DNA from: Camelus ferus
Taxonomy: Eukaryota
Direction of reading: 5' to 3'
DNA: 64,000 nucleotides
NCBI RefSeq assembly: GCF_009834535.1
Contig: NC_045697.1
Coordinates: forward strand, 21,082,001 to 21,146,000
The position numbers were made by a program, and so were the translations under genes. Under the pieces are notes generated by a model. The model was not told the origin of the DNA. It saw nothing but the letters and a program-made list of their open reading frames with translations, and ran no database searches. The stretch's first letter is position 1, and each line of letters starts with the position of its first letter. Shown here in pieces: positions 52,720 to 64,000 of this stretch.

Positions 52720-53165
52720 GAAATATCACATTGATCCTTAAAAACCATATGAGACAGATATTGTTATTCTAATTTTATGAAAGAACACAAACTAAGAGAG
52801 CATTGGTAGATTTCTTTTGTCAGTTTAAAAAAGCCACAAGTTTATATGACTTCAAATTTAATGTGGTGGATACTAAAGTATAAAATCCATAGATAATGAA
52901 TCCAAGAAATTTGAACCTTTGTGATTTTCTATGCACCCTAAAAAAACAGGCACCTGAAAAAGCATTACTTGAAAGTGTAAAGATGTCCATGACATTCAAT
53001 GATGAGCAATGAAAATACAATTGATGTGCTTAGTCTTTTCATGTATAAATAATAGAAAATATTTACCTCAAAGTTTTACATGAGAATTCAATGTGTTAAC
53101 ATTTATAAAGATTCTTAAACCACACCTAGTGCATTGCAAAGGCTTTGAAAATGTTAGCTCTTACT
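52720..53165. mobile_element. Two MIR fragments (about 52720-52925 on -, about 53030-53165 on +)
   Basis: atccttaaaaaccatatgagacagatattgttattctaattttatg (antisense) and tacctcaaagttttacatgagaattcaatgtgttaac...aaatgttagct (sense). Confidence 0.5.
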
Positions 53166-54478
53166 GTTCCTTTTTTAAAATGCTGGTATTATTATTTTCA
53201 CAGACACATTTTTTCAGATATAGATGTGAAAGATATACTGCTGATACTATTTAGCTATGACATCCTAGTAGATCAATTTCCAATAGATCTTCTTTCTTTG
53301 TCCAATATATTATTATTTACTTTAAGATCTGAACCGTTCGTTCCTTCTTCTTCTGTAATTCTTTGATTTCCCTTTCTCCTCTTATACTTTCTTCCCTTCC
53401 TCCTCCCTCTCCTCCTCATCTAGGATTTCAGATTCTTAATGATAATTGAGAACTCTAACAGTAAATATTTGAAATCTGGCATTCATAATTATCCAAAGTA
53501 TTCTCCCAGCAATTTACCTGTAATAAACAAAAGCCTGTATCTTTCTCTTCTGTTGCCACATCGTCCTCATCTTGTGGAATTGCTGAATCTTAGAATGTTA
53601 CACTGAACCCAGCAACCTGAAATATATAATAAGTTTTTTTTTAAGAGTTAAATTCTTCTAGAATTGTATGGAATTCAAGATATATGGCAGAATAACATTT
53701 AACATAAAGCCGAAGATTTTTACAATATCTTTATTCCTAAAAACATGAACATTTGGTTTGGAACTGAAAAGTCTGTTAATTAATTTTGAATCATTCCATT
53801 TAATTTTCTCAGTATCAGTGTAAGACAGTGGAAAGCACAACAGCCACTGATAATCACAAAACCATCAATAGCCCTTTTAAAATTCCATCCCAATGCCGCC
53901 TCTATTTTAATATATAAATTATTTTCCCACATTCATCTAAATCCTTTTACAAGATTGCGCTCTTAGAATGTACTATAATTTCTGAAAATTATTTCTGCTT
54001 TATTTTCAAAATATGCCATTTGTCATCCTTAGGTGAATGTTGGTAGATGTCCTCTAACATCTGAGTAAAATGTCTGTCTTTGTTGCTCGTCTCCTCTTCC
54101 TTTGCCGCTTTTCCATCTATCTATTATCATAGCTTTTCTTCCTATGCAGCTTTGAAACTTAGCCTAGAAAACATATCCTTTGTTTTCATTTTTACCTTCT
54201 GCTCCATGATGATATATTTAAACAGATTACATAGATATTTGTAACTTCAGAGCTAAATTTCTGCAATAACTTCCTGGGTCATCTATTCTCTCTCCCCATT
54301 GTCTTTATGCTGCCAAACTTTCATTCCTAATCCAGCACACGGTGGCTAAAATACATACTTGTTTATGTCACATCCTATCCCATTTGCACACACACACACA
54401 AAAAAGCTACTGTCCTTTAACAGGTCTCTACCTCGTCAAAGGTAACATGGTCTCCAGAAAATGCTATGCAGTAGTTTT

Positions 54479-55034
54479 GTTTTCTTTTTTTTAAATTGAA
54501 GTACAGTTGGTTTACCATGTTGTGTTTGTTTTTGGTGCACAGCATAGTGGTTCAATTATACATACTTAATACACACATATATACACGTTACATACATACA
54601 TATATATACACATTATAAAAGCCTATAATGAAAAAGAATATGAAAAGGGATATATCCCTTTACAAGATGTTGAATATAGTTCCCTGTGTTATACAGTAGG
54701 ACTCTGTTGTTTATCTATTTTATATATAATAATTACTATCTGCAAATTCTAAACTCCCAATTTATCCCTCCATCCCCTTTTCCAGTTTGGTAACCATAAG
54801 TTTGTTTTCTGTGTCTGTGAATCTGTTTCTGTTTTGTAAAGAAGTTCATTTATGTCATTTTTTTTTAAGATTCCATATATAAGTGATATCATATGGTATT
54901 TTTCTTTCTCTTTCTGGCTTACTTCACTTAGTATGACAATCTCCAGGTCTATCCATTGTTGCTACAAATGGCATTATTTTATTTTAATGTCTGAGTAGCA
55001 TTCTGTTTTGTATATATATATATATACACACATG

Positions 55035-55069
<35 letters not shown>

Positions 55070-56344
55070 ATATATAATGGAATATATATATATGATCTCA
55101 CAACTTTTTTTATCCAGTCATTTGTTGATGGACATTTAGGCTCTTTCCATGTCTTAGCTATTGTAAGTTGGGCTGCTATGAATATTTGGGGCTGCATGTA
55201 CCTTTTTGAATTAGAATTTTTTGAATTAGATTCTCCTCTGGGTATATGCCCAGGAGTTGGATTGCTGGATCATATGGTAAGTATATTTTTAGTTTTTTGA
55301 AGAATTTCCATACTGTTTTCCATAATGGCTGCAGCACACTACATTCCCACCAACAGTGTAGTAGGGTTCCCTTTACTCCACAACCTTACCAACATTTATC
55401 ATTTGTGGACTTTTTAATGATAGCCATTCTGATTGGTGTGAAGTGATATCTCATTGTAGTTTTGATTTGCATTTCTCTGATAATCAGCATTATTGAGCAT
55501 TTTTTTCATGTGCCTATTAGTATGTCTTTATTGGAAAGATGTTTGTTTAGGTCTTCTGCCCCTTTTTTGATTGGGTTGTTTGGTTCTTTTTGTTATTGAG
55601 TTGTATAAGTTGTTTGTATATTCTTGAGATTAAGCCCTTCTTAGTAACATTGTTTACAAATATTTTCTCCCATTCCATAGGTGTCTTTTTGTTTTGTATA
55701 TAGTTTCCTTTGCTGTGCAAAAGCTTATAGTCTTTAACTAGATCCCATTTGTTTATTATTCATTTTTGCTTTTTTTCTCTTGCCTGAATAGACTGCCCTA
55801 GGAGAACATTGCTAAGATTTATGTCAGAGTATGTTTTGTCTGTGTTTTCTTTTAGGAGTCTTATGGTGTTTTGTCTTGGTTTTAGTCTTCAAGCCATTTT
55901 GAGTTTATTTTTGTGAATGGTGTGAATTTCTAACTCCACTTATTTGCATTCAGCTGTCCAGTTTTCCCAACACCACTTGCTGAAGAGGCTGTCTTTTCTC
56001 CATTGTATATTCTTGCCTCCTTTGTCAAAGATTAATTGGCCATGGGTGTGCGGGTGTATTTCACAGCTGTCTATTCTGTTCCATTGATCCATAAGTATAT
56101 TTCTGTGGCATTACCAAGCTATTTTGATTACTGTAGCTCTGTATTATTGTCTGAAGTCTAAGAGGGTTATTCCTCCAGCTTTGTTCTTTTTCTTCAGGTT
56201 TGCTCTGGAAATTCTGGGTCTTTTTGTGATTCCATATAAATTTTAGGATAATTTGTTCTAGTTCTGTGAAAAGTGTCCTGGGTAATTTGACAGAGATCAT
56301 ATTAAATCAGCAGATTGCTTTGGGTAGTATGCCATTTTAACAAT
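54479..56344 (-). mobile_element. 5'-truncated L1 (about 1.87 kb, ORF2 3' part + 3'UTR)
   Basis: ORFs 56061..56300 ([22 protein letters not shown]) and 54979..55197 (TIAKTWKEPKCPSTNDWIKK); poly-T tail; degenerate TSD atgctatgcagtagtttt (54461-54478) / atgttatgcaatggtttt (56345-56362). Confidence 0.95.
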
Positions 56345-57999
56345 ATGTTATGCAATGGTTTTCAAAGGATACAGAACCGCTTTCAGCAACTATTTTATGT
56401 CTTGTTTTGTTTTCTTTTATTGTTCCCCTAATTAATTGGGAGATTCTATGACACTCAGTATGTGGAACCAGGACTCTAGATTTTCCTCCTACACGGAAGA
56501 ATACCACAAAGTAAATATGCATCCTTTAAACAACTTTTGATTTTTCAGGCAGATGGAAGCAATCTTAACAGATAATCAGGTAAGCAAAACAAAACAAAAC
56601 AAACAGAAACAGAAACACCAGGATCATTTATAATTAACTCACCTTAACATCTAAGTGTTTTTAACATATGACAACTAAGTATTTTAATATTTCTATATAG
56701 TATTATAATTTAAAGGAAAAGAGGTTGTGCTTTACTTTCATCAGAACATCAATTTAAAATTATTATTCACTATTTAAAACACATCTGGCACTCTTTCTCA
56801 TGGTGTTTGAGTTGCCAGTTTAACATACACAATCTGTATTAGGATTTGAGCTATCACATGCAAATATGTAACAGTGGAGATTTGAAACTACTTCCAATAG
56901 ACTTAGAAGTAGGATAATCATATAATGTGTCATTTAAAATATGGGTATTTTTGATAGCAAAAAGAATCACTAAAATAATTAGTATATAATATTTTTGGAA
57001 ATACTTATTTCTTGATTGAGTTTTTATTATATGATGGAATTATACAGTGGCTATATTCAAAAACTGCTTTCAAAAATAATTTCTTTCTAAAAGTAACATA
57101 TCATTGTAGGTTGAAGCAAAATAACGTTATTGATTATCTAAACAGTTTTAAGGAGGATTTCTGTTTCCATTGGTAATAGAGAAATTGAGATTAAAATGAC
57201 TCTTCGACTATAAACAACCAGAAAATCAAATAAATATAGGAAACAAATGTTCCCAGGCATTTGACAGGGAATGCAAGGATGAATTATTTGAGGAATTGAC
57301 AGATGGGCTGTAAACTGAATTAGGTTGAAACAAACCAAATGCATAGACATTTCTCTATCAACCATTTGTAACACGGCTGAGATAATCACAGTATTCCTCA
57401 GAACATGTCAGATTTTTGAGGCTATGTAAAGTTGTGGCAGGAAACTTGTGCTAACTCCTTTTTGCATCATCAGTCTTCAGTGGAACAGCCTATTCTCCCA
57501 CTGGACTTTTTAGTCACTCTGTTAGTTTCAGTTTATGACTTGGTAAATGTCATTCCAAACTTGCTTGATTTATCATAGTGTCTTCAAATATTTTTACCTT
57601 TGTTCTCTGTGCAATCTCACTTAGCTTTTCACTTTGAATACTTCTTTTATTACTCTAAGATACACTTCAAGTTTATTTATTCTGTCTTGTCGCATTTGGG
57701 ATGTTTCTGCTTTTTATTTATGAGCAACTACATCACCTCTCTGGGATCGCCTTGCTCATTGCTTCCATTTGTAAAGTGATGATATTGTAGGATAAGCCAC
57801 TTGAGAGGAAACCACACCAGCTAACAGTCCATGAATGTGCTTGCTAATCCAATCTCATTCCAGAGTGCACTTAAATTTATTGGGGGGGAAAAGAAGCCCC
57901 ATTCCATCTTACATTTCAGTGTCTCTGGTATAACAGTTTTCTTGTGAAAAAATCTTGGCTTTACTTTAGAATATCTACCTACTCCCCAAATAGATAAGC

Positions 58000-58082
58000 T
58001 TTTTTTCTTTTCTTTCCTTTTCCCTTTTCCTTTTTTTTTTCTTGTCCTTTTTTTTTCTTTCCTTTTTTTTTTTCTTTTCTCT
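58000..58082. repeat. Polypyrimidine (TTTC/T)n tract
   Basis: Direct inspection. Confidence 0.8.
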
Positions 58083-60099
58083 ATATCACATATGTTAGAA
58101 ACCTAAAATTACCACTCTTAGGGAAAAGTACATGATGATGATTTAGACATTGAGAGACGAACTTACCTAATTCTGGCAGATTCTGATTCTTTATTCTCTG
58201 GAGTTCAAATTAAGTCATTACATTCCCTGTAAAATGTTTTAGGTTGATGCAATACCAGTATGGATCTTCTAATTGCTCATTATTACTGCTCAGTTCTTTC
58301 ACTGAAGTGGAAGCATCACATTAAACAATTCCAAAATAATGACTCTTTTAGTCATAAATAACTATGCAACAATGTGAAAAAGGCACTGATTTGTTGGAAC
58401 TAAACATGACATGGTGGCAGGTGAAAGGATTCCACTGTGGTTCTTATCTCTCCTGCCATGACAAAAGCTCTATTTGGGTCTGCAGCTTGTCATATTTGAT
58501 TATCACACATGTGTAATGAATTCTAATAATTTTGTGTAATTTATCAAGATATCTTAACAATACAGTTGTGATTTTATCCCTATATACATAACTTTCCAAT
58601 TACTGAAGAGTAAGGTTTTTACAAAGATCATTTTTATTTTTCCAACAGAGGAATTCAGATATTTTACTTTCAGAATGAGAGTAAACTTGTTCAAAAAGCA
58701 AAATGGACTCTATTATATCTATTATATCTTAAAAATCATATGTTATTTTATAGCTCAACTATTTAAATCTCTTTAAATACAAGATCTCTTTAAATACAAG
58801 ATGCTGAACATAGAAGTTATTGGGACTTCTTTCTTTTGTAACTGAAATACGGATAAAAAATGAAAAAAAAATGTAAGAAGTGAATTCTATACTCTTTATA
58901 CTGTAACATGAGTGTCTTGAAACAGTTTTTATTACCATAAAAGGCATTTGGGTCCTAGAAGTTGAATTCAAAATACAAGTTGAATGAGAAGTTAAAGTAA
59001 ATAATCTTAGAGATTACTTGTTTAGAAAGGTCCTAATTTAATTAAGATATGTGTGCTTCTCTAGGAATTATTTTTAACATCTTGGGATGTTGAGCAGTCT
59101 CAAACATGTGGGTTGTTTTTCTAATAACTATAAAGAGTCACACCAATCCACTGATACTCTTTCAGCCTCTTCAGTTTTTCTTCAGTGATTGGGAGAGACC
59201 TCTATGCAACCTCAGAACTACTTCAGGGAATGCATTAGTGTTCAGTGTTGTCTGGACTGGTTCTGAACCTATTGTGAATCCTGTCCTGCCAATGGGCTAG
59301 ATTGTAGGCAGGCATTTTCCAAAAAATTCCAAACACCTGCATATTCTGTGGTGTAACATCTGCACTTTGAGCAGTTGAATGTGTTGTCTGTTAGTGTTCC
59401 CACCTACCTTGGGTCACTCTCTGGGTCATCCTGGTTTTATTCCTTCCACTGGCTTTTATTGATGTGGTTGCACAAAGATAAGGTGCTGACGGAAGCATGA
59501 TTCCTTTGGTAACAGTAGTGTCTCATCTCAAGCCCCTCCTTCACTGATGACTGCCTAAAGTGTGCTACCCTGTATCTCCCTCCAGCTCCTCAAAACGTCC
59601 AAGTTCTCACATATCCCTTTCAAACATTGTAATCCATTAATTAACTAGGTGGACCCCTGAGCACCCTGACTGCTTCTTTCTTCTCTATTTTTCAAGCTCC
59701 TTCACAGAAGATGCAGGAATCCATGAGTCTAATTCTATATTCTTAGAGGGATAGAAGCAACTACCCTCCTCCATGTCTCCCCAGCCTCCTGTCACCACAG
59801 TTCTTACTTAACCTGATGGCAAAGGATGCCTCTGAAAACTCCTGACATCAGAAGGAAACAGGGTAAAAACAATTATCGGTCCCTATTTTGTCATATGGCA
59901 ACAAATTCCAAGAGACTGAGGTCAAGCTTTCTCACCAATTTCTCAACAGATTTTGAGTGGTGATGCCAAGGTGAAACTGACCTTTTCAACTTATCAAGTT
60001 CTCAGGGGTGAGATGTTGGTCTTAACTTCTTTCAGGCAAGTTCAATCTCAAGATTGATGCTTTTAAAAAGTCCCTCTTTACTTGGCTAAATAAATAGTC

Positions 60100-60380
60100 C
60101 CTCTCTTTTCCTTGACAACTTTACACACACAAAAAAAAAGGATCACTCTCCTTCGTAAAACTTTTTTCTTTTGTTAATTACATAAATCAACATACAGACT
60201 CTTCATAAATAATAGACTTATTTATTTATCACAGACGTACTTCCTCTTCTCCACTTAAACATAACCTTCATGAAGGCAGATACTTTTTCAAGTCTGGTTT
60301 CTGTTGTATCTCCAAAACTGTGAACAATAACTGAAATGTGCAATTATTTGTTTCAAAGCAAATTAATAAATCCATGAATA
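60100..60380 (+). mobile_element. L2 3' fragment
   Basis: cttcatgaaggcagatact...tgttgtatctccaaaactgtgaacaataactg...aattatttgtt. Confidence 0.55.
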
Positions 60381-63300
60381 GATATTCTCTGACAAGAATG
60401 TAAATAAACAAGCCATCTACTCTGATCTATGAATTCACTACTCTAAATTGTAAATTTGTCTAATTTTACTAACATTCAGGTTAACCTAATTCAGGTTGAG
60501 ATTTAGGTCTTTAAAATATTTCAAATCTAGTTGAAGAAGAAGCACCTATAGCTTAAAAAATGTACCAGTTTTTTATCATTCAAGGTGAGAGATGGATAAT
60601 ACAAGATGTGATTGAATAGACAGAAAATGAAGTTCTATAAAGAACTTCAGAGAAGTATGTGGATTGGTATAAACTAAATGAGTTAACAATCTGGTCAGAT
60701 TCCCATAGGAAAAATTTGAAAGATTCAGGATTTAAGTTCAGTTTTGCTGAGTCTAAATATAGCAACAATGATGTATTGTGAAGATATTTATTGTATTAAG
60801 GCTTGTCTTTTTTGAACCACCACTATAAATACAAAACTTTGAATAATATAATATGACCCCTTTCGATTCTAAACTGGTATGATCCAATGACTTCAGATTC
60901 TAACATCTTTACATCATGCAGGGACCCAAAATAATTTCTCAATTGCTCTTTGAGGGAAATAACTCTCTGTAATTTAAAGATTTGACTTCGGACAACGCTG
61001 ATAGTAAATATGTCTTACATTTTTTTACTGACAAGAATTTACCTCCAAAAAATCTACCAAATTTACATATTCATTACCTATCAGCAGAGGCACATTTTTT
61101 ATATGAAGCACCAGAGCTTGAAAAATATAAAATTTAATATAATATGCACAAATGCTGACCTTTTGATGACTTAAGTCTCCCATGTTTTCTTTGACATAAA
61201 CAGATAAACATATAGAAATAAAGATGCAATTGTAAGCTAATTTTCTTATGATATATTCAGCATAAACTTAGTGCGAGGGAAAACTATCGGCAAACATGAC
61301 TCTCACAAATTCATTAGCTGAGGTCTTCAGGAAAAACCATGGACAATTAAATAGATACATTAAAAAAAAAAAACCCTCTCAGATCCTCAGTTTCCTAAAA
61401 TAAAGAAAAATAAGATTCTTAAATCACAAATCTCCTAGCCCTGCATCTCCCAATAAAAATGATTTTTCTATTTCTTACCATTAATCTTTCAACCTACTGT
61501 TCAAAACAAAAATTATTCTTCCATCTTGTCATGAATCTGTCAAAGGCACTGCTTCCAACAAAATTGACTTCTCTAATTTATGTTTCTTTCCCTGAATCTC
61601 TCAAGCTTTGTTCCCCATTAAAAACAAATCTTACTCTGTATTTTGAGGTCTTTGGGTCACAGGAAAAATGCATTTTAATTTTGGCTAAAGTTTCTTTCCG
61701 GTAAAAAATATTTGTAATGAAATAAAATATTCACATTAAATGTGTGTATTATATATATGTATATTTCGATGCATAGAAAAGAAAATGTTTTCTTAAATAG
61801 GCCATTTGAGCTCATGATAATTTTAAAACACATGAATGACTTATTCTTGAAACACATAAATACATTTAAAATCATAAAGTAGATTATACTTCTCTGTTTT
61901 ACAGTCATATATTGATTAATATCACTCTCCATATTAGCAATATACATACATGATCCAAATGATCTGTGAAATTTCTCTCTTTCTTTTTTGAGGAGAATGG
62001 GATGTGTAGTTGCAGAGGAAAAGAGAGAAATGTCTTTTAACTGAATCTTGAGTGACAAACACAATGTCTAGAACAATATACCCATTCAGTCAGCCCTTTA
62101 TGATTGCATGTGTTAAATGAATAGATATAGTTCTAAATACTTATATAGTAACCTTTTTTTGTTTAGGTTTATTATGATACAATTTGAATCAATCATCTAG
62201 GAAACATTTAATTGTTTAACCACTGGAAGTTGCTAGGTTAAAAAGAATAGACATGATTGGGGAAAAAAATAGCTGGATTGGCCATGACTCATCATGATAT
62301 AGGGTATGTATCATCAGAGTTCACAGCGGAAATATTTGCTTTATTCAACAGACAGCATAACCTTCCTATGCTCAAAAGTGACAAAGGGTTGACTCATACT
62401 GAAAGAGAATTGTTATCTGATGAAGAATGTAATATTTCCTACCTATTTTTATATATTGAGAAAAAATCTAATTGTTTCACTTATAACCCTCATAAGATCA
62501 GTGACAAATAATTTTCATATTAAGACTTACCTGGTAGATTTACCTGTGAGCATGTCCATAGACATTTTGTAAATTTAACACAACATAAAAAAATCGTTAC
62601 ATGTACACTTTTAAATCTCTTTCCAGACCAGGGCTTATATCATAGAAAGTGGAAGAGAGTGAGTCAAAGAAAAATTTGCCATTTATTCTGGGTAGACCAA
62701 CCAAATATTCGTGGCAGCAACAGAATACAACAATTAGGCAAAATAACTATTACCAAGCTTTTGGAGAATTATTATCTAAAAAAGAACTTACTTCAGCAAT
62801 CGTTGATACCAAGAGGCAGAAATTTAATGAACAATTTGTATCACAAGGCATATAACATTGCATAATTTGAAATTAATCACGATTGTATCAGTAATATTAA
62901 ACCAATTACATAAGGGGGTCGTTTAAAATGGTGAAATATCTTGGGGAAAGTTTGGTAACAGCAAATGTTAAAACTAAGGGTAAACTATTAGGTGTCTGAT
63001 TTCCACTGATGCCTTTCAGTATGTATAACAAAAATACTTTCTTTCCAGCCTGAAGTAATTGAACTCCTAAAGAGTTTCTAGAAACTAGAAAGAAAAGTTT
63101 CCTACAGAAAATAACCTATGAGTTAGCTACTTCTCAACACTGGTATGTTGAAATATGTCTAAGGGAATTCATTATGATCCACCTATTTTAATTATTATTT
63201 TAATTATCTCAAAGTTAATTACTCATAATAATTTGACACATTAAAATTGTTATACTACATATGAAGTTTTATATCATTCCTTTTTCATAGTTAAGATTGT

Positions 63301-63519
63301 ATTTTACTTAGCATAAAAGGTTCTTGAAAACAATTTTAATAGCTGCAAAATGCAGTTTATGAAAAATCGAATAGAATAAAAATTTTAAAATTATAATCTG
63401 CATACTTACCGTTAAATGGATAAAATTTGTAATGGATTTTATGTTAAAATTTATTAAATAATTATTTCCCATCTAAAAGAACTTCTAAGAAACCTAATTA
63501 GTAAAAAAAAGTATTAAAA

Positions 63520-64000
63520 ATAGGAACAAATAGAAGACAAGTAACAAACTTGATGTAATGAATGCATATTGAACCTTACATCCAAAAATGCTAAAATACT
63601 CACTCTCCTTAAGATATAGTAAACCATTTATGGAGCTGGACTGTCTATCTGGTCATAAAAGATGTATCAACACATACACAGACATCTTGAACATAAAAAA
63701 TAATTAATTTTTTTTCACGTTTATCCTATTATAAACAAGTTCAATATCAATAGAAAAAATGTAAATTATATATATTTGGAGGTTAAAGCAAAATAACATA
63801 TAGTTCATGTATTAAAAAAAATCTTTAAAAATTAGTAAATACATATAGTTTTGATACATAATTTCAATAGTAATCAAAATACTATTTCTGTAAAATGTAT
63901 AAATGCATTTCAAGTATAGGGGAAACTATATTTTTTAAAGCTTATATTTGAAATTTTTAAAAGTCTGAAAAATGAATGATCTAATCATCCAATGTAAAAG
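63520..64000 (+). mobile_element. Old L1 ORF2 (end of EN region) fragment running off the window
   Basis: atattgaaccttacatccaaaaatgctaaaatactcactctc, ggtcataaaa, atatatttggaggttaaagcaa, gggaaactata...aaagcttatatt. Confidence 0.6.

Noticed and set aside
62257..62865. Several short + strand ORFs with protein-like composition
   Set aside because: Non-ATG starts, no consistent splice sites or frame, and no recognisable motif; a tBLASTn/HMM search would be needed to rescue them.
40775..63412. Isolated strong minus-strand donors (near 40780, 62530, 63410)
   Set aside because: No matching strong acceptors or open frames; GTAAG is frequent by chance in 64 kb.
1..64000. CRISPR arrays, tRNA/rRNA genes, prokaryotic operons, endogenous non-retroviral virus genes
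   Set aside because: The DNA is eukaryotic and repeat-rich; I saw no repeat-spacer arrays, cloverleaf or rRNA motifs, or long non-L1 ORFs.

Overview
AT-rich mammalian genomic DNA, mostly intergenic or intronic and rich in repeats. I saw no Alu, B1/B2, Can-SINE, Bov-A/tA, CHR or PRE-1 SINEs. From memory, the 3' ends of the younger L1s look camelid/cetartiodactyl; this host call is inference. No complete protein-coding gene is visible. Most of the ORF track is L1 debris or chance ORFs. A possible 3' end of an unidentified + strand gene lies at 8.1-12.4 kb: a 75-nt phase-1 exon, a 27-nt microexon and a short terminal exon, which together splice to ...DSMVHSDTQLTERKPAPPPARLDFTDIFNVNDLIAEM*. The most unusual element is a 2.84-kb L1 derivative at 15969-18808, flanked by a degenerate TSD. 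It keeps the 5'UTR and ORF1 but has lost almost all of ORF2 (half-L1/HAL1-like architecture). Other lineage-type L1 copies record atypical events: a twin-priming inversion with a diverged 45-bp duplication, an internally primed 116-bp insertion, a tail-less fragment truncated at both ends, and a template-switch micro-inversion. Ancient repeats include MLT1 and ERV1 LTRs, MER20, L2, MIR and old L1M; their boundaries are approximate and subfamily names were assigned by eye. I found no solid evidence for a wholly new biological system.
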